DNA of 64,000 bases, taken from positions 960,001 through 1,024,000 of the forward strand of contig OY829846.1 in NCBI GenBank assembly GCA_963691875.1, in the 5' to 3' direction. Every line of letters starts with the position of its first letter. The first letter of the stretch is position 1. Below the pieces are notes generated by a model. That model was not told the origin of the DNA and searched no databases. It saw only the letters and a program-made list of their open reading frames with translations. Of the stretch, positions 59,559-64,000 are shown piece after piece. This stretch comes from Aureliella sp. (GTDB lineage Bacteria; Planctomycetota; Planctomycetia; Pirellulales; Pirellulaceae). The position numbers and the translations under genes are program-made.

Positions 59559-60228
59559 ATGGAGCCAACACCTGCATCTCCCTATCATTATTTCAACAGG
59601 CACCACCGATAACGGAAGAAATCTGGAAACGTCACCTCGACCGTGAACGCACAGCTCGAACACAGGCGGAATCGTTGTTGGCATCCCAAAGCCGCGAACT
59701 GTATTCTGCGAATCGGATGCTCAGTCAGATAGCTGATGCTTGACGCTATGAAAACGAAAAGAACCACGCGATTCTCGATAACGCTGCAGAAGGCATTGTG
59801 ACATACGACTCGAAAGGAAAGATCTCAACCTTCCACCCAGCCGCAGAGAAGATCTTTTGGATAGCTTCATAATTTGCGGTCGAGAAACGATTCGATTCGT
59901 CGTTCCAGGACTTCATGGTCAGTGAAACATTTGATCTTGAAGAATACCTGGACCAAGAAAATCTGGAAGTAAAGGCCACGCATGCAAAGGGGCAGTCTCG
60001 TATTCTAAGTGTCGGGCTGAGACGGATAAAGCTATGTCCTTTATTGCGGTTATCCACGACCGCACTAAGAAATGCGTCCTGGAATCACAACTCGCTGAGG
60101 CTCAAAAGATGGAATCGGTTGGACAGCCCGCTGTGGGGATAGCGCACGAGATCACCATTGAGATTCCATTGACTCCCAAAACAACTGAGGTGCAGGATGC
60201 ATGCGAAGAAACAAGTTCTATTTGTTGA
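59559..60228 (+). pseudogene. H-NOX-associated PAS histidine kinase pseudogene (catalytic domain deleted)
   Basis: Coiled coil WKRHLDRERTARTQAESLL..SRELYSAN. PAS AILDNAAEGIVTYDSKGKI.TF..AAEKIF. H-box LESQLAEAQKMESVGQ.A.GIAHEI joined directly to C-terminal TIEIPL. Confidence 0.85.
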
Positions 60229-61271
60229 TGACGAGAAGAACATCCTTGCTGCGCTGCGGTGGCTTTTGCGAAGTCAGCCTAACTCACGGTAGCTCTTCTT
60301 TGCCAACGGAGGTGAAGAAGCACTTGAGAGTCTGGCTGAGAATGCGATAGATGTGATCGTTTCCGACATGCGCATGCCTTAGATCGATGGAGCTGCACTG
60401 CTCAGCCAAGTTTCATAATCCTAACCTCACATTATGGGCGTCACCCGTTCAGGACATGCCACAAAAGCAAGTTGCCACGGCGCATCAATTCTTGTCCAAG
60501 CCTTGCCAATACAACAAGTTGATGGGTTCCATCCAAGCCGCCATCTACTTGCAGGATTCCATCTCTAGTCCTTAACTGAGAAAAGCAGTTTCGGCGGTTC
60601 GCCGTGTACCGAGTCCGTTAAGCAATATCGAACGCTTAAAAGCACTCAGAATAGACTCTGACGACTTCATGCAGCAGCTTCGCGAGTTGTGTACGTAAGA
60701 CATCAGGATTGCCCGCAAGCTATTACATCCTTGCAATGGCTCGTTCTTTGGTCGCTCCAATCCAGCAAGCTCCATTCAGAATGCGGTCGAACGCATCCGA
60801 TGAGACCTATTGCTCTACTTAATTCAGGCAGGAGTTTTCAGGTCAAGCGAGAACCCAAGTTTCGATTGCTTTCTCACCGGTCTAAATGAGCATAGCGTCG
60901 AGGTGGCTCGAAATACCCAGTCGGCAGCAGTCAATTCAGACTTTGCCGACCTCTGCTAGGCTGGCGGTTCGCTACGCGATGTTGGCAAAATCGTGTTCGC
61001 TCTTCACTGGTTAGAAAAGAACCTGGATTTGATCGAATCAGCAGCAGACTTTGACGATGCTCTGGGCGCGTCGGAGCAAAAGAATTCTGGTGTTTATCAC
61101 CGAGAGGCAGGACGTTTTCTCCTTGAACTCTGGCGACTGAATGGAAACGTGGTGAACTGCGTAGGCGATCCACTCGATGAGAAAGTAGAGAGCCCACAAG
61201 TCGTGTGTCATCCACCGAAACGCCTACCAAATCTGTTGACCACGGCGGCAAAGTCACATGTTCATTCTTAG
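60197..61271 (+). pseudogene. Response regulator (REC) - HDOD pseudogene
   Basis: MHAKKQVLFVDDE..*..GGEEAL..IDVIVSDMRMP*IDGAALL..HQFLSKPC. HDOD remnants D.RIARKLL..N.SFFG, LRDVGKIV, HREAGRFLLELW.L. TAG at 60290 and 60380, plus further stops and frameshifts. Confidence 0.85.
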
Positions 61272-62461
61272 TGTTCCACAGCTTGTTCTTGGAAATGACT
61301 TGTTTGCATTGCTTGCCTATAAAGCTGCAAAAAGTTTTCGGCAGTCATCGCACGAGGATTGAATGTGCCTGTCCATTGTTTGGTCGCGTCCTCGGCCAAT
61401 TGCGGCAGACTGTCCTCCGGAACTTGCAGTTGCTCTAGAGAAGTGTAAAGACCACAAGCAGCTACTAGGTGATTGATGAACTTCGCCAGTGACAGAGAGG
61501 CATTGCCAGACTCAAACTTTGAAGCTGCCTCATTTCTCGAGACCTCGTGCCAAAGCTCGCTGTACCAAGTTTCATAGTGTTCTCCGTTGAAGGCGATGAC
61601 ATGCGGCAACATGAGTCCAACTGCCTGACCGTGCGTCGTACCAAATCGCGCGGTCAGTGGATTTGCCAGTGCATGAGCTGCTCCAAGCATGCTTGTTTCA
61701 ATAGCTAAACCAGCGAAGAAAGCCCCCAGTTGCATCTGACCACGAGAGTCCAGATCGGCAGGAGAAGCGAGAACTCTCGGCAGGCCAGCTCCAAGTAGCT
61801 GCCAAGCTTGTCGACTGTAGCAAACGCTAAGTGGATTTCGCTTTTTGGTCACGTAAGACTCGACCGCATGTGAAACAGCGTCGATACCAGTCAGTGCCGT
61901 GACTTTCGCTGGCTGAGTCAGTGTCAGCGTTGGATCCAAGATCGCGACTCGGCAAGCTGCCTTCTTGTCGCCACAAGCCATTTTCACGTGAGTTTCGGCT
62001 TGACTTATCAAGGCAAACGACTGGGCTTCGCTTCCCGTTCCAGCAGTGGTCGGCACGGCAATCATCGGCAGCATTTCTGAGGTCGCTTTGCCAACGCCCC
62101 AGTAGTCTTCCATCTTGCCACCACAAGAATAAACGAAGTTAATTCCTTTTGCACAGTCCATTGAGCTGCCACCGCCGAGCCCAATGATGACTTCAGGTTG
62201 AAACCGCTCTGCAACCTGCAAACCAGCCTCGACCTCGGCTGTTGTAGGATTTTCGCAGACCCCGTGAAAAGCCTCAACGGTCACTCCTGCGTGCTCGAGC
62301 GCTCGGACGCCGCGAGAAAAGTGTCCTGCACCGACTACCCCCTCATCGCTAACGACGAGAGCCCGCCCCGCGCCCTGCTCTCTGGTCAGCTCCCCGAGCT
62401 GCTCGATTCGATCTGGCCCGAACACGAGCCGAGTCCGATGTTGATAATCGATATTTTCCAT
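61268..62461 (-). CDS. Iron-containing alcohol dehydrogenase
   Basis: ENPT, GLGGGSSMDCAK, VPTTAGTGSE, ILDP.LT, DAVSHAVE, AHAL..PL..HG. Confidence 0.95.
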   Translation of the reverse strand: MENIDYQHRTRLVFGPDRIEQLGELTREQGAGRALVVSDEGVVGAGHFSRGVRALEHAGVTVEAFHGVCENPTTAEVEAGLQVAERFQPEVIIGLGGGSSMDCAKGINFVYSCGGKMEDYWGVGKATSEMLPMIAVPTTAGTGSEAQSFALISQAETHVKMACGDKKAACRVAILDPTLTLTQPAKVTALTGIDAVSHAVESYVTKKRNPLSVCYSRQAWQLLGAGLPRVLASPADLDSRGQMQLGAFFAGLAIETSMLGAAHALANPLTARFGTTHGQAVGLMLPHVIAFNGEHYETWYSELWHEVSRNEAASKFESGNASLSLAKFINHLVAACGLYTSLEQLQVPEDSLPQLAEDATKQWTGTFNPRAMTAENFLQLYRQAMQTSHFQEQAVEH

Positions 62462-63022
62462 TTCGATCCTAAGGCGAAAGGCAAGCCAGAATCGGCTACC
62501 CTAACTTCGTTTTCAAGAAGTATTCCCCCGCGTGAATACTCCTTCCATTGGTCGACGCCCTTCTGTCGGTCGTCCAAGGTGCGCGGTCCCGAAACTTTAC
62601 TAAGCCTGCGGACAATTTAGCCGTGCCTACGGTAGTTTATCGAGCGATGGCAACAGCAAACTTGCGTTCACCTGCGAATCCATTGTCATCTCGCCGCCAG
62701 TTGATCCGTTATTATCCAGCCACATTTTAGTGGCCAAGCAACCATTGAGACATTGGGGCGATCAGCTGGAGAAAAGGTAAGATACGCTGATCCATCGGCT
62801 TTTTAGGGACAAACCGCCTGACAATCCGAAGCTTGCCAGGGAAACTCAACAGCTGCGCGCGATACAAACAACCGTTCCTACGAACTCTGGTCAACAATTT
62901 ACGGCTACCCTGCGGGTCCTACACCAATCCTTGTTCGGAGGTAAAATCCAGCCTTTCAACTTTGATTGAGCTCATGAGCACCGCGAGAGCTCTAGGGCCG
63001 AATTCGATTTAGGGCGAAAAGC

Positions 63023-63931
63023 ATGGACACACGATCGATTACCCCAGCTCGACTTGCCGAAAGCGTTATCGCGGTGCCGCCGCTGGCCCGAAACGCAAGT
63101 CACTCCATCGATACCGAACAAAATCGCCAGCTGGTGCAATACATTGAGCAGGGCGGCGTATCGACGCTCCTCTACGGCGGCAATGCAATCTTCTACCATA
63201 TACGACTAAGTGAATATGCCCGCATCTTGCAGATGCTCACGGACGTTGTGGCTAGTAGCACCCTCGTAGTACCCGCAGTTGGTCCAGCCTTCGGCACAAT
63301 GATGGACCAAGCTGAAATCTTGCAGGACTTTGACTTCCCGACAGTGATGCTTTTGCCACAGTCAGAAGTAACCGATCCTGCTGGCATCGCATCGGGAGTA
63401 AGAAAGTTCGCTGAAGCGTTTGGCAAACCAGTGGTGCTTTACCTCAAGCACGACCAATGGTTGCCCGCCGAAACCGTCGGCAAGATGTTTCGCAGCGGGC
63501 TCCTAAGCTGGATTAAGTACGCGGTTGTCAGAAAAGACCCCAGGGAGGATGAATACTTGCGTGAGGTCCTGGCTGAGGTGCCTGGCGAAATCGTGGTCAG
63601 TGGTATTGGCGAGCAGCCTGCTATCGTTCACATGCACGATTTTCAAGTCGGTAGCTTTACCAGCGGTTGCGTTTGCGTCAATCCAAGTCGATCGATGAAG
63701 ATGCTCCGAGCAATCCAGGTGGAACAACTTGAAACCGCGGAAGAAATCCGCGCGAGTTTTGAAGGACTTGAAGACTTACGGAACCGAATCAATCCCATTC
63801 GCGTTTTGCATCGTGCGGTAGAGCTTGCGGAGATAGCTGAAACAGGACCTATGACTCCCATGCTAGGTGAACTCTCTCCTTCAGAAGTCACTTCCATCGC
63901 AACCGCCGCCTTGAGCTTGAAGCAACTCTGA
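63023..63931 (+). CDS. DapA/DHDPS-family class I aldolase-like protein
   Basis: VIAVPP, GGVSTLLYGGNA, PVVLYLK, WIKYA Schiff-base Lys, FTSG. Confidence 0.8.
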   Translation: MDTRSITPARLAESVIAVPPLARNASHSIDTEQNRQLVQYIEQGGVSTLLYGGNAIFYHIRLSEYARILQMLTDVVASSTLVVPAVGPAFGTMMDQAEILQDFDFPTVMLLPQSEVTDPAGIASGVRKFAEAFGKPVVLYLKHDQWLPAETVGKMFRSGLLSWIKYAVVRKDPREDEYLREVLAEVPGEIVVSGIGEQPAIVHMHDFQVGSFTSGCVCVNPSRSMKMLRAIQVEQLETAEEIRASFEGLEDLRNRINPIRVLHRAVELAEIAETGPMTPMLGELSPSEVTSIATAALSLKQL

Positions 63932-64000
63932 GGTCGAAACCAGATCCGGCACCATGCTCTGTTCCGGCTCAGCGTAGCCCGGGGATTTCTCCTGAGGCGT

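Noticed and set aside
32164..61271. Stop-codon reassignment or programmed recoding as the explanation for interrupted genes
   Set aside because: All three stop types plus frameshifts and a deletion occur, conserved residues are eroded, and intact genes terminate on TAA, TAG and TGA.
62641..62693. Imperfect hairpin between the Fe-ADH and DapA-like genes as a riboswitch
   Set aside because: No recognisable aptamer consensus, and the pairing is modest.
535..63897. Numerous short ORFs antisense to or overlapping the long genes
   Set aside because: Shadow frames of well-supported CDSs, with no motifs of their own.
1..64000. CRISPR array, rRNA, tRNA, IS/integrase, prophage, reverse transcriptase
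   Set aside because: No regularly spaced repeats, RNA-gene signatures or mobile-element protein motifs were recognised by eye. A covariance scan could still find small RNAs.

Overview
Chromosomal window from what looks like a planctomycete, probably Pirellulaceae-like. This is inferred from the gene repertoire: secretin-N/STN-only proteins, a PQQ-type dehydrogenase-cytochrome fusion, a Cys-type sulfatase, a BamB-like propeller, a planctomycete-style Ser/Thr kinase and a SEC-C protein. It holds about 37 apparently intact CDSs. I saw no rRNA, tRNA, CRISPR array, integrase or transposase. Recognisable genes are apt, uvrC (short, no HhH), cmoA, slyX, cutC, a RidA-family gene, an S41 protease, a CrtI/CrtN-type desaturase and a DUF4129-DUF4350-MoxR-DUF58 operon. 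Best candidates for new biology: (1) a translationally coupled pentaheme c-cytochrome plus outer-membrane beta-barrel (candidate porin-cytochrome conduit) divergent from a membrane PilZ gene; (2) a receptor-like Ser/Thr kinase fused to a TAXI-type solute-binding domain; (3) a secretin-N-only protein co-oriented with a 7-EF-hand/P-domain protein and a Tat cupin. Manual reading across stops and frameshifts also recovers dead genes that the ORF track shows only as fragments or not at all: a complete H-NOX / PAS-kinase / REC-HDOD gas-sensing operon, a Macro-domain gene, a triple-YHS gene, a DUF3565-like gene and a membrane gene split by one TAA. All family calls come from motif recognition by eye; no database search was run.
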